This document shows, piece by piece, positions 22,684-31,126 of a stretch of DNA of 32,000 bases (its first letter is position 1; each line of letters starts with the position of its first letter). The stretch is from NCBI GenBank assembly GCA_038735675.1, contig JAVYNJ010000003.1:318-32317 (forward strand), given 5' to 3'. The translations under genes were made by a program, and so were the position numbers. Under the pieces are notes generated by a model that was not told the origin of the DNA, did not search any database, and saw nothing but the letters and a program-made list of their open reading frames with translations. The DNA comes from Nanopusillaceae archaeon (lineage in GTDB: Archaea > Nanobdellota > Nanobdellia > Nanobdellales > Nanobdellaceae).

Positions 22684-22968
22684 ATGTACGTTAATTATGT
22701 ATTTAATACCTATTATATTTTATTTGGCTATTTTATCGGTTATTTAATCTGTAAACTATTTGAACCTAAAGCCTTTTTAATAATATTTTTTAAAAACAAA
22801 AAGTATTCTGTAAGATTACATCATTTTTATTTTTTATTGATTTCATTTCTAGCAGCAATTATTAATTTACAAAACGTCATGTTTACAACTCTTGGATTAG
22901 GGCTTCATGATATAGTAACTGAATTCAAAAAATCTCTAAATAATATTTTTATATCTAAGAAGCGCTAA
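22684..22968 (+). CDS. Hypothetical small membrane protein (94 aa)
   Basis: It has two to three hydrophobic segments and no motif recognised. The 3' end overlaps the convergent SPOUT-like gene by 33 nt. Coding status is uncertain. Confidence 0.35.
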   Translation: MYVNYVFNTYYILFGYFIGYLICKLFEPKAFLIIFFKNKKYSVRLHHFYFLLISFLAAIINLQNVMFTTLGLGLHDIVTEFKKSLNNIFISKKR

Positions 22969-23718
22969 AGTGTAATATATTGCTTCTTCAGTTCTTATAC
23001 TTTCTATTAACTGATTTGGAACTGAGTTTATAACGATATCAAATTTTTTCTTAAAATCATTTTTCCATATATCTTCAAATCCTCTTGCAAAAGAACCAAA
23101 AACGATAGCAACATTACTTTTTATTTTTAAATCAACCTTTCTTATATCCTCTCCCAATTTAGACGTTCCTATTATAAAAAAATCTTCTTTTTTTAATTTT
23201 TTTAAAAGATCCTCTATAGGCTTATTATAATAAAAAACTTCATATCCAAAATAAATTTCTGTTTCGTATTTTTCAACAAACTTGTTTCTTTTTTTATCAT
23301 AAATTAATGTTTTATTTTTGTAATTATTTTTAGAATAAACTTTAAATTCTGATTTACCATCTGTTACTCTATAAAAATTACCTTCTTTATTTAATACATA
23401 AACATATACGTATCTGCTCCTATCTAAATGATAATTAGCTTTTATTGGTAAACAACTACCAACTTCTTTTAAATCTTTCTCTAAGGGAAATACAAATTTT
23501 CTAATATATGGAGGAGTATTCAAATATTTCAAAATCTTTACTATATATCTACCTAAGCCATGAGAATTAAATTTTGGATCTCTATCATAATAAACACCAA
23601 TTTCATTTATCCCAAATGTAACCGCTGCTCTAGCAACTTGAGAAATCAAAAAATTTCTTATTTTAATATCTTTTTTTTCTCCAGTAAAGGTAGAAGGTAT
23701 TAATAGCATCTTCCGCAT
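22936..23718 (-). CDS. Putative SPOUT-class RNA methyltransferase (DUF171 / Methyltrn_RNA_3, SPOUT1-like)
   Basis: The N-terminus MLLIPSTFTGEKKDIKIRNFLISQVARAAVTFGINEIGVYYD matches the family pattern (iPsS...lrt...GqiARAaaiFxvdEIvvy). The start is set at the internal Met (MRKM, 23718). Met 23709 or the ORF maximum 23754 are alternatives. Confidence 0.6.
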   Translation of the reverse strand: MRKMLLIPSTFTGEKKDIKIRNFLISQVARAAVTFGINEIGVYYDRDPKFNSHGLGRYIVKILKYLNTPPYIRKFVFPLEKDLKEVGSCLPIKANYHLDRSRYVYVYVLNKEGNFYRVTDGKSEFKVYSKNNYKNKTLIYDKKRNKFVEKYETEIYFGYEVFYYNKPIEDLLKKLKKEDFFIIGTSKLGEDIRKVDLKIKSNVAIVFGSFARGFEDIWKNDFKKKFDIVINSVPNQLIESIRTEEAIYYTLALLRYKNII

Positions 23719-23752
23719 AAATATAAAATATTCAAGAAAAATATAAGATATC

Positions 23753-24250
23753 ATGAAATTTTACTATTTGCTATATCCTAGACCTGTAGTAATTATAGGA
23801 TCGGGAAGTGTTAAAGATAATAAAATAAATTTTATGAGTGTTGCATGGATAACTCCTATATCAGAAAACCCACCAACACTTGGCTTTTCAAGCTATAAGG
23901 AAAACTATTCCAATATTTTAATAGAACAATTTAATCAATTTTCTGTAATTATTGTAAATAATCCAAAATTAATATTAGAGTTAGGAAGTCTAAGTGGTAA
24001 AGATAAAAATAAAGTTGAAGTCCTCAATTTAAATGTTATTTCTGGTAAAAAATTGGATGTACCTCTATTAAAAGATTATATAGCTTTTTTAGAATGTAAA
24101 TTAATTGATAAAAAAGAAATTGGGGAATGTGTATTTTATATAGGAGAAGTAATTAATTGGGAGATTAAAGGAAATTTTCCTGATAAAAATATTGTTAATA
24201 AAATTCCTTTACATAAAGGTGGAAGAAATATTTCTTTTCTAAAAAATTGA
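23753..24250 (+). CDS. Flavin reductase-like (FMN-binding split-barrel) domain protein
   Basis: YPRPVVIIGSGSVKDNKINFMSVAWITPISENPPTLGFS fits the flavin_reduct domain pattern (PrPVvlVtt...N.mt.sw..pvs.dPP.v). 165 aa. Confidence 0.7.
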   Translation: MKFYYLLYPRPVVIIGSGSVKDNKINFMSVAWITPISENPPTLGFSSYKENYSNILIEQFNQFSVIIVNNPKLILELGSLSGKDKNKVEVLNLNVISGKKLDVPLLKDYIAFLECKLIDKKEIGECVFYIGEVINWEIKGNFPDKNIVNKIPLHKGGRNISFLKN

Positions 24251-24252
24251 AA

Positions 24253-24834
24253 ATGCTAAAGGAAGGATTTATATTACTTGAAAAATATAAAATTCCGGTT
24301 CCAAAATATTGGATAAATCTTATTCCAAAAGATTTAGAGTTTCCGGTAGTAATTAAAGTAGATTTAATACATAAAACTGACGAAAAAGCAATTTTTTTGG
24401 ATATAGACAATTTTGATCTACTTTTAAAATTATATGATAATCTTAAAAAAAGATTTCCTGATAAAGATATTTTAATTCAGAAACAAATCAAAGGAGACTA
24501 TATAGAATTAATAATTAGTATAAAAGAAGACCCTGTATTTGAAAAAATTGTATTAGTTGGATTTGGAGGTATATATACAGAATTACTAAGGGATTATACA
24601 ATATTAATTCCTCCTTTCAATAAAGAAGAATTAATAAATTCTTTAAAAAATCTGAAACTTTCAAAAATTCTTTTTGGATATAGAAATAAAAGAGTAAACC
24701 TAGATCTTTTATATGAAATAGTCACAAATCTAATAAATTTATATAATAATGAAAATATAAAAGAAATCGAAATAAATCCATTATTAATAAATGAAAAAGA
24801 AGCATTTGCCGTAGATGTTAGATTTTCTTACTAA
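24253..24834 (+). CDS. ATP-grasp protein resembling the beta subunit of ADP-forming acyl/acetyl-CoA synthetase
   Basis: EGFILLEKYKIPVPKYW...FPVVIKVDLIHKTDEKAIFLDIDN...IEINPLL resembles archaeal ACS (ADP-forming) beta. It is about 193 aa from ATG 24253 (the track ORF starts at TTG 24247). Motif reading only. Confidence 0.55.
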   Translation: MLKEGFILLEKYKIPVPKYWINLIPKDLEFPVVIKVDLIHKTDEKAIFLDIDNFDLLLKLYDNLKKRFPDKDILIQKQIKGDYIELIISIKEDPVFEKIVLVGFGGIYTELLRDYTILIPPFNKEELINSLKNLKLSKILFGYRNKRVNLDLLYEIVTNLINLYNNENIKEIEINPLLINEKEAFAVDVRFSY

Positions 24835-24883
24835 CCAATGAATACAAAATAATTTAATTTAGAAAACAATATTAAAGTAAATA

Positions 24884-26527
24884 ATGACAAAATATAATAT
24901 ATTAATTGGTGGCAAGGCTGGACAAGGAATAGATTTCGCTGCAGATATATTATCTATCGCATTAATAAAAGAAGGATATTATGTTTTTAATTATAGATAC
25001 TACCAGAGCCTAATTAGGGGAGGACATAATTATAATATAGTTTCATTTTCTGAAGAGCCGGTTTACTGTTTTGATGAAGATATCGATATAATAGTTGCAT
25101 TAGATCAACTTACAGTAGATAAACATGCTAAAAAACTAAAAAAAGATGGAATAATTTTAGGAGATGTTTCAATAAAACATGAAAAAAAACTAGGTATAGA
25201 TTTAAAAAGTATATACAAAGAAATAAATATAGACTCTAAGTATGAAAATACGATATTGTTAACAGCTTTATGGAAAATTTTAGGATTCGATAAAGAGACT
25301 TTAATTAACGCTTTTTTGTATAAAAAAAGAGATGAAAAAAATATAGAAATTATAAAAACGGTTTTTGAAAAGAATATCGAATTAAATATTAAGTTAAAAA
25401 GCTATAAAAAAAGAGAAAAATATTTTTTATCTGGATCAGAGGGTATAGCTTATGGAGCAATTTTTTCAGGTTTAGATATTTATTTAGCGTATCCTATGAC
25501 TCCTGCAACACAGGTAATGCATATATTAGCTTCTTTAAAAAATAAGTATAATATTATAACCTATCAACCAGACAATGAGATAGGTGTAATAAACATGGGT
25601 TTAGGTGCTTCTTATGCAGGAGCAAAAGTTATGGTGGGATCATCTGGAGGTGGTTTAGATTTAATGGGAGAAGGAATTAGTTTTTCTGGAATGGCAGAAA
25701 TACCAATAGTAATATACTGGGCTCAGAGATATGGACCTTCAACAGGAATTGCTACAGCAACATCGCAAGACGATCTATTAAGTGCAATATATATAGGGCA
25801 TGGCGAATTTCCTAAAATGGTTATAGCTCCGGGAGATCCTTTTGAAGCATTTAAAAGAACTATGGAAGCTTTTTATTTTGCATACAAATATAATATTCCA
25901 GTTATATTATTATCCGATTTGTTTTTAGCAGAATCTAAAATGTCATCTGATGATATAGAAGTTTCACAATTTCCAACTGATAGGAATATTGAATTAAATC
26001 CTACTGAAGAATATAAATATTATAAAATTACTGAACAGGGTTATATGAAAAGAATTATTCCTGGATTTAATAAAATAGTTAAGATTTCTTCTTATGAACA
26101 CAATGAAGATGGAATACAGATATATGATGATCATAAAATAGCGGAAAAAATGCATGCAAAGAGATTAATAAAAATGTATTACATTGAAAAAGAAATTTAC
26201 AATTTCAAACCTTATGAAGTATACGGAAAAGGTGAAAATTTAATAATAAGCTGGGGTTCTTCAAAAATGCCAATTTTAGAAGCTCTAAAAAGTTTAAAAA
26301 ACTGGAGATATTTACATATTAGCTATTTGTATCCATTTCCAAAAAAAATAGTTGAAATATTAAAAAATTCTAATGAAATCGTAATAATAGAAAATAATTT
26401 AACTGGACAGTTAAGAAAATTAATAAACATGGAAACTGGATTTTTTATAGAAAAGTCAATATTGAAACATGACGGCTTACCTTTTAAACCGGCCGAAATA
26501 ATAGATGAAATACAAAAAATAAGCTAA
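24884..26527 (+). CDS. 2-oxoacid:ferredoxin oxidoreductase large subunit (gamma-like domain fused N-terminal to alpha-like domain)
   Basis: The N-terminal ILIGGKAGQGIDFAADIL is the gamma-type GGxGQG motif. The middle section GSEGIAYGAIFSGLDIYLAYPMTPATQVMH is the alpha N-terminal pattern. 547 aa. Confidence 0.85.
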   Translation: MTKYNILIGGKAGQGIDFAADILSIALIKEGYYVFNYRYYQSLIRGGHNYNIVSFSEEPVYCFDEDIDIIVALDQLTVDKHAKKLKKDGIILGDVSIKHEKKLGIDLKSIYKEINIDSKYENTILLTALWKILGFDKETLINAFLYKKRDEKNIEIIKTVFEKNIELNIKLKSYKKREKYFLSGSEGIAYGAIFSGLDIYLAYPMTPATQVMHILASLKNKYNIITYQPDNEIGVINMGLGASYAGAKVMVGSSGGGLDLMGEGISFSGMAEIPIVIYWAQRYGPSTGIATATSQDDLLSAIYIGHGEFPKMVIAPGDPFEAFKRTMEAFYFAYKYNIPVILLSDLFLAESKMSSDDIEVSQFPTDRNIELNPTEEYKYYKITEQGYMKRIIPGFNKIVKISSYEHNEDGIQIYDDHKIAEKMHAKRLIKMYYIEKEIYNFKPYEVYGKGENLIISWGSSKMPILEALKSLKNWRYLHISYLYPFPKKIVEILKNSNEIVIIENNLTGQLRKLINMETGFFIEKSILKHDGLPFKPAEIIDEIQKIS

Positions 26528-26528
26528 A

Positions 26529-27386
26529 ATGGGGTTGAATACAAAAACTACTCCAACCTGGTGTCCAGGATGCCCTAATTATGCTATATTGTCAACTTTT
26601 ATTAAAGTTATAGAAGAGTTATCAAAAGAAAATAAAATAGATATAAGTAAAGTTGTAGCTGTAAGCGGAATTGGATGTGCTTCAAAAATTGTTGATTATT
26701 TAAATTTAAATACTTTTAATGGACTACACGGTAGAGCCATAGCAAGTGCTATTGGAATTAAGATTGCAAATCCAGAGTTAAAAGTAATTGTATTTCAGGG
26801 AGATGGAGATACTTATAATGAAGGTTTAGAGCATTTTATATCTGTATGCAAAGAAAATCCCGATATTAAGCTTTTTGTACATAATAATCAAATATTTGCC
26901 CTAACAGTAGGTCAACATACTTTTACAACAGAAGAAAAGTTTATTTCAAAAACTTTAGGAAAAGATACATTCCAAAAACCATTAAATCCGATTTTATTAG
27001 CGTTATCTGCTGGCGCAACTTTTGTAGCAAGAGGTTATTCACTTTGGATGGATCACTTAAGCTATATTTTCAAAGAAGCAATATTACATAGAGGTTTTTC
27101 ATTCGTAGATATAATTCAACCATGCATTACATTTCACGATACAAGAGAATATTATGAAAAAAGAATGTATAAATTAGAAGAAATAAAATATGATCCTACA
27201 AATTTAAAGAATGCCATAGAAAAAGCATTAGAATATGATTATAATTTAAAAGAAGATTCTAAAATTCCTATAGGAATTTTCTATAAGTCAAATAGAACAA
27301 CTTTAGAGGAAGGTTTAGGCTCACAAACGTTTTATAAAGTAATTAGAAAATTTGATAAGAATAACATTTTAGACTTAAAAATATAA
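26529..27386 (+). CDS. 2-oxoacid:ferredoxin oxidoreductase beta subunit (TPP and [4Fe-4S] binding)
   Basis: TWCPGCPNY, SGIGCAS and QPCITFH supply four Cys. FQGDGDTYNEG is the GDG TPP-binding motif. 285 aa. It starts 1 nt after the large subunit stop. Confidence 0.88.
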   Translation: MGLNTKTTPTWCPGCPNYAILSTFIKVIEELSKENKIDISKVVAVSGIGCASKIVDYLNLNTFNGLHGRAIASAIGIKIANPELKVIVFQGDGDTYNEGLEHFISVCKENPDIKLFVHNNQIFALTVGQHTFTTEEKFISKTLGKDTFQKPLNPILLALSAGATFVARGYSLWMDHLSYIFKEAILHRGFSFVDIIQPCITFHDTREYYEKRMYKLEEIKYDPTNLKNAIEKALEYDYNLKEDSKIPIGIFYKSNRTTLEEGLGSQTFYKVIRKFDKNNILDLKI

Positions 27387-27402
27387 TTAATATTATAACA
27401 AT

Positions 27403-27924
27403 ATGGTATACACTTATGAAATTGATATTCAAGATTTAAACTATGAATTAATTAAAAATGTCTTAGAAAAATTAAATATAAAGTATCATAGAGAAAAAAA
27501 CAAATTAAAAATCTTTTTAGAAGATTTCTATAATGCTTATAGATTTGATAAAGTAGTAAAAAGCATAAAAGCTAATTTTTCTTTAGATATATGTGAAAAA
27601 GTATATTTTGGTGAATACGATATAATTGATATAGATTTAAAAAGAATTTCTAATAAAAAAATGAATCATTTAATCAGAATAAAAGGTAGAATTATTGGAG
27701 AAAATGGAAAATCTATAAAAGAACTTGAAATTAGAACTGGAGCAAAAATTTCTTTAAATGATAAATATCTATATATTGCTGGAGATGAAATTTCACTTCA
27801 GGCAGCATATGAAACATTGAAAAGATTGATTAGCGGAAGTTCTCATTCAAAAGCTTTTGAATTTGCAGATAAAATTAGGGAACATATAAAAAATAAAGAA
27901 AAAGAAGTGAAATCTTATGTTTAA
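27403..27924 (+). CDS. KH-domain RNA-binding protein (archaeal Dim2/Pno1-like)
   Basis: RIKGRIIGENGKSIKELEIRTGAKISL is a KH GxxG core. The size (173 aa) and a degenerate N-terminal KH-like half fit aDim2p-type proteins. Confidence 0.65.
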   Translation: MVYTYEIDIQDLNYELIKNVLEKLNIKYHREKNKLKIFLEDFYNAYRFDKVVKSIKANFSLDICEKVYFGEYDIIDIDLKRISNKKMNHLIRIKGRIIGENGKSIKELEIRTGAKISLNDKYLYIAGDEISLQAAYETLKRLISGSSHSKAFEFADKIREHIKNKEKEVKSYV

Positions 27925-27965
27925 AATTTAATATCTTTATAAATTTTAATTTTAAAATATATTAA

Positions 27966-29705
27966 ATGGCTAATAATGTTCTAAAAGACTCTATAGAACT
28001 TTATAAAAAATTTAAAAGAGTTTCAATTGCTGAATTTTTTGAAAAAAATAGACATTTATTAGGATTTGAAAACTTAAGAAAAGCTCTTTTGATTGGTGTA
28101 AAAGAACTTGTAGATAATGCCTTAGATGCATGTGAAGAGGCAAAAATATTACCAGAAATATACATAGAAGTAGAGAGAGTTAACAAGGATATATATAAAA
28201 TAGCTATAGAAGATAATGGACCCGGCATACCTTATGATAAAGTACCGGAAGTATATGGAAGTTTTCTTTTTGGTAGCAAATTTCATAGATATGTATCTAC
28301 AAGAGGAAAGCAAGGAATAGGTGCAGCTGCAGTAGTTTTATATTCTCAACTAACAACCAGAAAACCTGCAGAAATAATTACAAAAACTTTAGATTCAGAT
28401 AAAGCAATTCTACACAAAATTAAAATTGATGTAAAAACAAATACTCCAATAATTGAAGATAGAAGATATATTAGCTGGGGAAAAGATCATGGAACTAGTG
28501 TTACAGTTTTTTTACAAGCACAATACATTAAAGGTAAGCAATCTGTAGATTACTATGTAGAACTTACTGCTTTAGCTAATCCTCATGCTAAAATTACATA
28601 TATAAATCCTGATGGAGAGATATTAGAGTATAAAAGAATTACAAAAAATATACCAGAATTAAGAGAAACTAAACCACATCCACATGGAATAGAAATAGGA
28701 ACTTTTGAAAGAATACTCAGAGATAGCAAATATAATACTATTAAGTCATTTTTAATGAATGAATTCTATGGAATTGGAGATAAAGCTACGGAAGAAATAT
28801 TAAAAAAATCAAATTTATCTGGAGATGCAGATCCAAAATTGATATCATTTGAAGAAATTGAAAAATTATATAATGCTTTACAATCAACTAAAATAAGAGC
28901 TTTGCCATCTAAATACATAACTACTCTAGGTAGAGAAAACATAATAAAATCTCTAACATATCTATATGACCCTGATTTTGTTACTGCATATGTTAGAAGA
29001 CCTGCAGTTTATAGAGGAAATCCGTTCATTGTAGAAGTCGGGTTAGCCTACGGCGGAAATATAAAGGAATTTAGTATATATAGATATGCAAATAGAGTAC
29101 CTTTATTATACAAACCTGGAGAATGTGCTATAACACATGCTATTTCAGAAATAAACTTCAAGAAATACGGATTTTCACTAGAAGAAGGAAAAGTTAAGGA
29201 TCCTGTAGTAATATTAGTACATGTAGCTTCTGTATGGCTGCCTTTTACTTCAGAATCAAAAGAAGCAATTGCTCCATATCCCGAAATTGTAAAAGAAATT
29301 GAATTGGCAATTAAAAAAGTTTTAAGAGAGACGGAAATTTTTATAAAGAAGAAAAGGTCAATAGATTCTATAGGAGAGAAATATAAAACCTTATATGGTT
29401 ATGGACTTGAGCTTGCAAAATATTTAAATAAAATTATTAATATAGAAGAAGAAAAGGTCAAAGAAAAAATTTATAACAGAATTAAAAAAGAATTATACAA
29501 AGATATAGAAGAAATAGTAAAAAGTATAAGAGAGATAAGAAAATTCATAAAAGAAGGAAAAATAGAAGAGAGCAAAAAATTAATTAGAAGAATATTAAAA
29601 GATGTTATAAAACTAAAAATAATTGATGAAATAGAAGTTGAAAAAATTTCTGAGGAAATTATAGATAAAATTAGAGAGGAAAAATTTTTAGAACTTGAAA
29701 AATAA
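27966..29705 (+). CDS. top6B: DNA topoisomerase VI subunit B
   Basis: Motifs: SIAEFFEKNRHLLGFEN, KELVDNALDACEE (Bergerat N-box), IEDNGPGIP (G1 box) and GKQGIGAAA. A K/E-rich C-terminal tail is present. 579 aa. Confidence 0.93.
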   Translation: MANNVLKDSIELYKKFKRVSIAEFFEKNRHLLGFENLRKALLIGVKELVDNALDACEEAKILPEIYIEVERVNKDIYKIAIEDNGPGIPYDKVPEVYGSFLFGSKFHRYVSTRGKQGIGAAAVVLYSQLTTRKPAEIITKTLDSDKAILHKIKIDVKTNTPIIEDRRYISWGKDHGTSVTVFLQAQYIKGKQSVDYYVELTALANPHAKITYINPDGEILEYKRITKNIPELRETKPHPHGIEIGTFERILRDSKYNTIKSFLMNEFYGIGDKATEEILKKSNLSGDADPKLISFEEIEKLYNALQSTKIRALPSKYITTLGRENIIKSLTYLYDPDFVTAYVRRPAVYRGNPFIVEVGLAYGGNIKEFSIYRYANRVPLLYKPGECAITHAISEINFKKYGFSLEEGKVKDPVVILVHVASVWLPFTSESKEAIAPYPEIVKEIELAIKKVLRETEIFIKKKRSIDSIGEKYKTLYGYGLELAKYLNKIINIEEEKVKEKIYNRIKKELYKDIEEIVKSIREIRKFIKEGKIEESKKLIRRILKDVIKLKIIDEIEVEKISEEIIDKIREEKFLELEK

Positions 29706-29715
29706 AAATAATAAA

Positions 29716-30813
29716 ATGGACAGCGATAAATTAGAAATAATTAAAAGAATTGAAGAATTTGCTAAAAAAATTTATGAAGAATTTGAAAAGGGAAATCCGA
29801 AATTTGAATTTATAATTAGAGGAAATCTAAAATATATTGAATACGATGTTATTAATGATCTCATAAAATTAAAAAAAACTATTGGTAGAAGAGAATTTTT
29901 TAATTTAGGACATACCAGAAAATTTACCCAAACGATATTAATAGCTTATCTAGCGAAAAGTCTTATAGAAAATGATAGAACTGCTTCAATCAGAGAGGTT
30001 TATTATCAACTAAAACATACAATTCCTATAGTAAATGAAGATACTTTTAATGATCAAAAAGAATCAGATCCTATAATAGAAGATTTAGAAAGAACTTTAG
30101 GAGTAATCAGAGAAAAACTTCATTTAAAGGCCGATAGAAAAGGAAATGTTTATGGAGATATTGTTTTAAGAGATAAAAAACGAAAAGATGAATGGAACTG
30201 TTCCAAACTTGGAATGGGAGGATGGTCGATACCTTCAACAATAGAAGAAATAGAAATTGTAGATATAAACGCTGATTTTGTACTTGTAGTCGAAAAAGAT
30301 GCTCTATTTGAAAGATTAATAGAAGAAAAATATCCAGAAAAAAATAGGTGCATTTTGATTTCTACAGAAGGACAAGCATCGAGAGGCGCCAGAAGACTAA
30401 TACATAGATTAAGATATGAACATAATTTGCCAGTATACATCTTTACAGATGGTGATCCTTGGGGCTACTACATATATTCTGTAATAAAGCGAGGATCTAT
30501 GAAATTGTCACATTTTTCAGAATTATTAGCAACTCCTGATGCTAAATTTATTGGAATGACAATGGATGACATAAAGGAATATAATTTGAAAGATGTAACA
30601 ATAGGATTAAAAGAACGAGATATCAAAAGAATACAAGAACTCATGAATTATCCTTGGTTTAAGAATAAGAAAGAGTGGCAAAGACAGTTTTCTATAATGC
30701 TAAAAGAAAAAATCAAAATAGAACAAGATGCTCTAGCAAAAAGATCCTTAGAATTTGTTTCTGATGTATACTTAGTAGAAAAATTATCAAATCCAAACAA
30801 ATTGCTATCTTAG
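29716..30813 (+). CDS. top6A: DNA topoisomerase VI subunit A (Spo11 homologue)
   Basis: SIREVYYQLKH carries the catalytic Tyr region. VVEKDALFERL is the Toprim Glu and IFTDGDPWGYYIY is the DxD motif. ATG 29716 is preferred over the TTG at 29695 used by the ORF track. Confidence 0.92.
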   Translation: MDSDKLEIIKRIEEFAKKIYEEFEKGNPKFEFIIRGNLKYIEYDVINDLIKLKKTIGRREFFNLGHTRKFTQTILIAYLAKSLIENDRTASIREVYYQLKHTIPIVNEDTFNDQKESDPIIEDLERTLGVIREKLHLKADRKGNVYGDIVLRDKKRKDEWNCSKLGMGGWSIPSTIEEIEIVDINADFVLVVEKDALFERLIEEKYPEKNRCILISTEGQASRGARRLIHRLRYEHNLPVYIFTDGDPWGYYIYSVIKRGSMKLSHFSELLATPDAKFIGMTMDDIKEYNLKDVTIGLKERDIKRIQELMNYPWFKNKKEWQRQFSIMLKEKIKIEQDALAKRSLEFVSDVYLVEKLSNPNKLLS

Positions 30814-30814
30814 G

Positions 30815-31090
30815 CTACCTTATAAATCTTATTTTTGTATTTCTTTTTTCATCTTCAAAAAGCTTAGATAATAAAATTTTCAATTGATTCTCATCAATTT
30901 TTGTAAATTTTCCGGATAATATCATTCTATTTATATATTGACTCAAAATTATAATTGCATTTAGCCATTTTTCAGTATGGGCTATTTTTAAATTAGATAA
31001 TCTATCTACAGCTTCTCTAGTTAAATAGGGTTTTATTTTTTCCCAAAGTTCCTCAATTTCTTTAAGATCATTTTTTTCTTTTTTGCTCAT
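30815..31090 (-). CDS. PDCD5/TFAR19-family double-stranded DNA-binding protein
   Basis: 91 aa. LTREAVDRLSNLKIAHTEKWLNAIIILSQYINRMILSGKFTKIDENQLKILLSKL...KIRFIR matches the archaeal PDCD5-like pattern (ltpeArerLsrvklv.pe.a..ve..li.la..G.i..kitdeqlk.iL..l). Confidence 0.6.
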   Translation of the reverse strand: MSKKEKNDLKEIEELWEKIKPYLTREAVDRLSNLKIAHTEKWLNAIIILSQYINRMILSGKFTKIDENQLKILLSKLFEDEKRNTKIRFIR

Positions 31091-31126
31091 TAATATTAAT
31101 AAAAAGCAAGATTTAAATAAAAAGAT

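Noticed and set aside
23709-23755. An apparent CATG at 23752-23755 would be shared by two divergent start codons (the SPOUT-like gene and the flavin reductase-like gene).
   Set aside because: The SPOUT/DUF171 family N-terminus (MLLIPSTF...) begins at internal Met13 or Met16 (23718 or 23709). The first 12-15 codons (MISYIFLEYFIF) look like read-through of the AT-rich promoter region, so the overlap is probably not real.
6991-30440. Other short ORFs are nested in or antisense to well-supported genes (6991-7185, 12290-12499, 12478-12675, 17051-17260, 18425-18670, 20913-21140, 22308-22520, 24195-24410, 28001-28228, 30150-30440).
   Set aside because: Each lies entirely within a gene with clear family motifs. 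They have low-complexity composition and no recognisable motifs. AT-rich DNA has few GC-containing stop-free constraints, so such shadows are expected.
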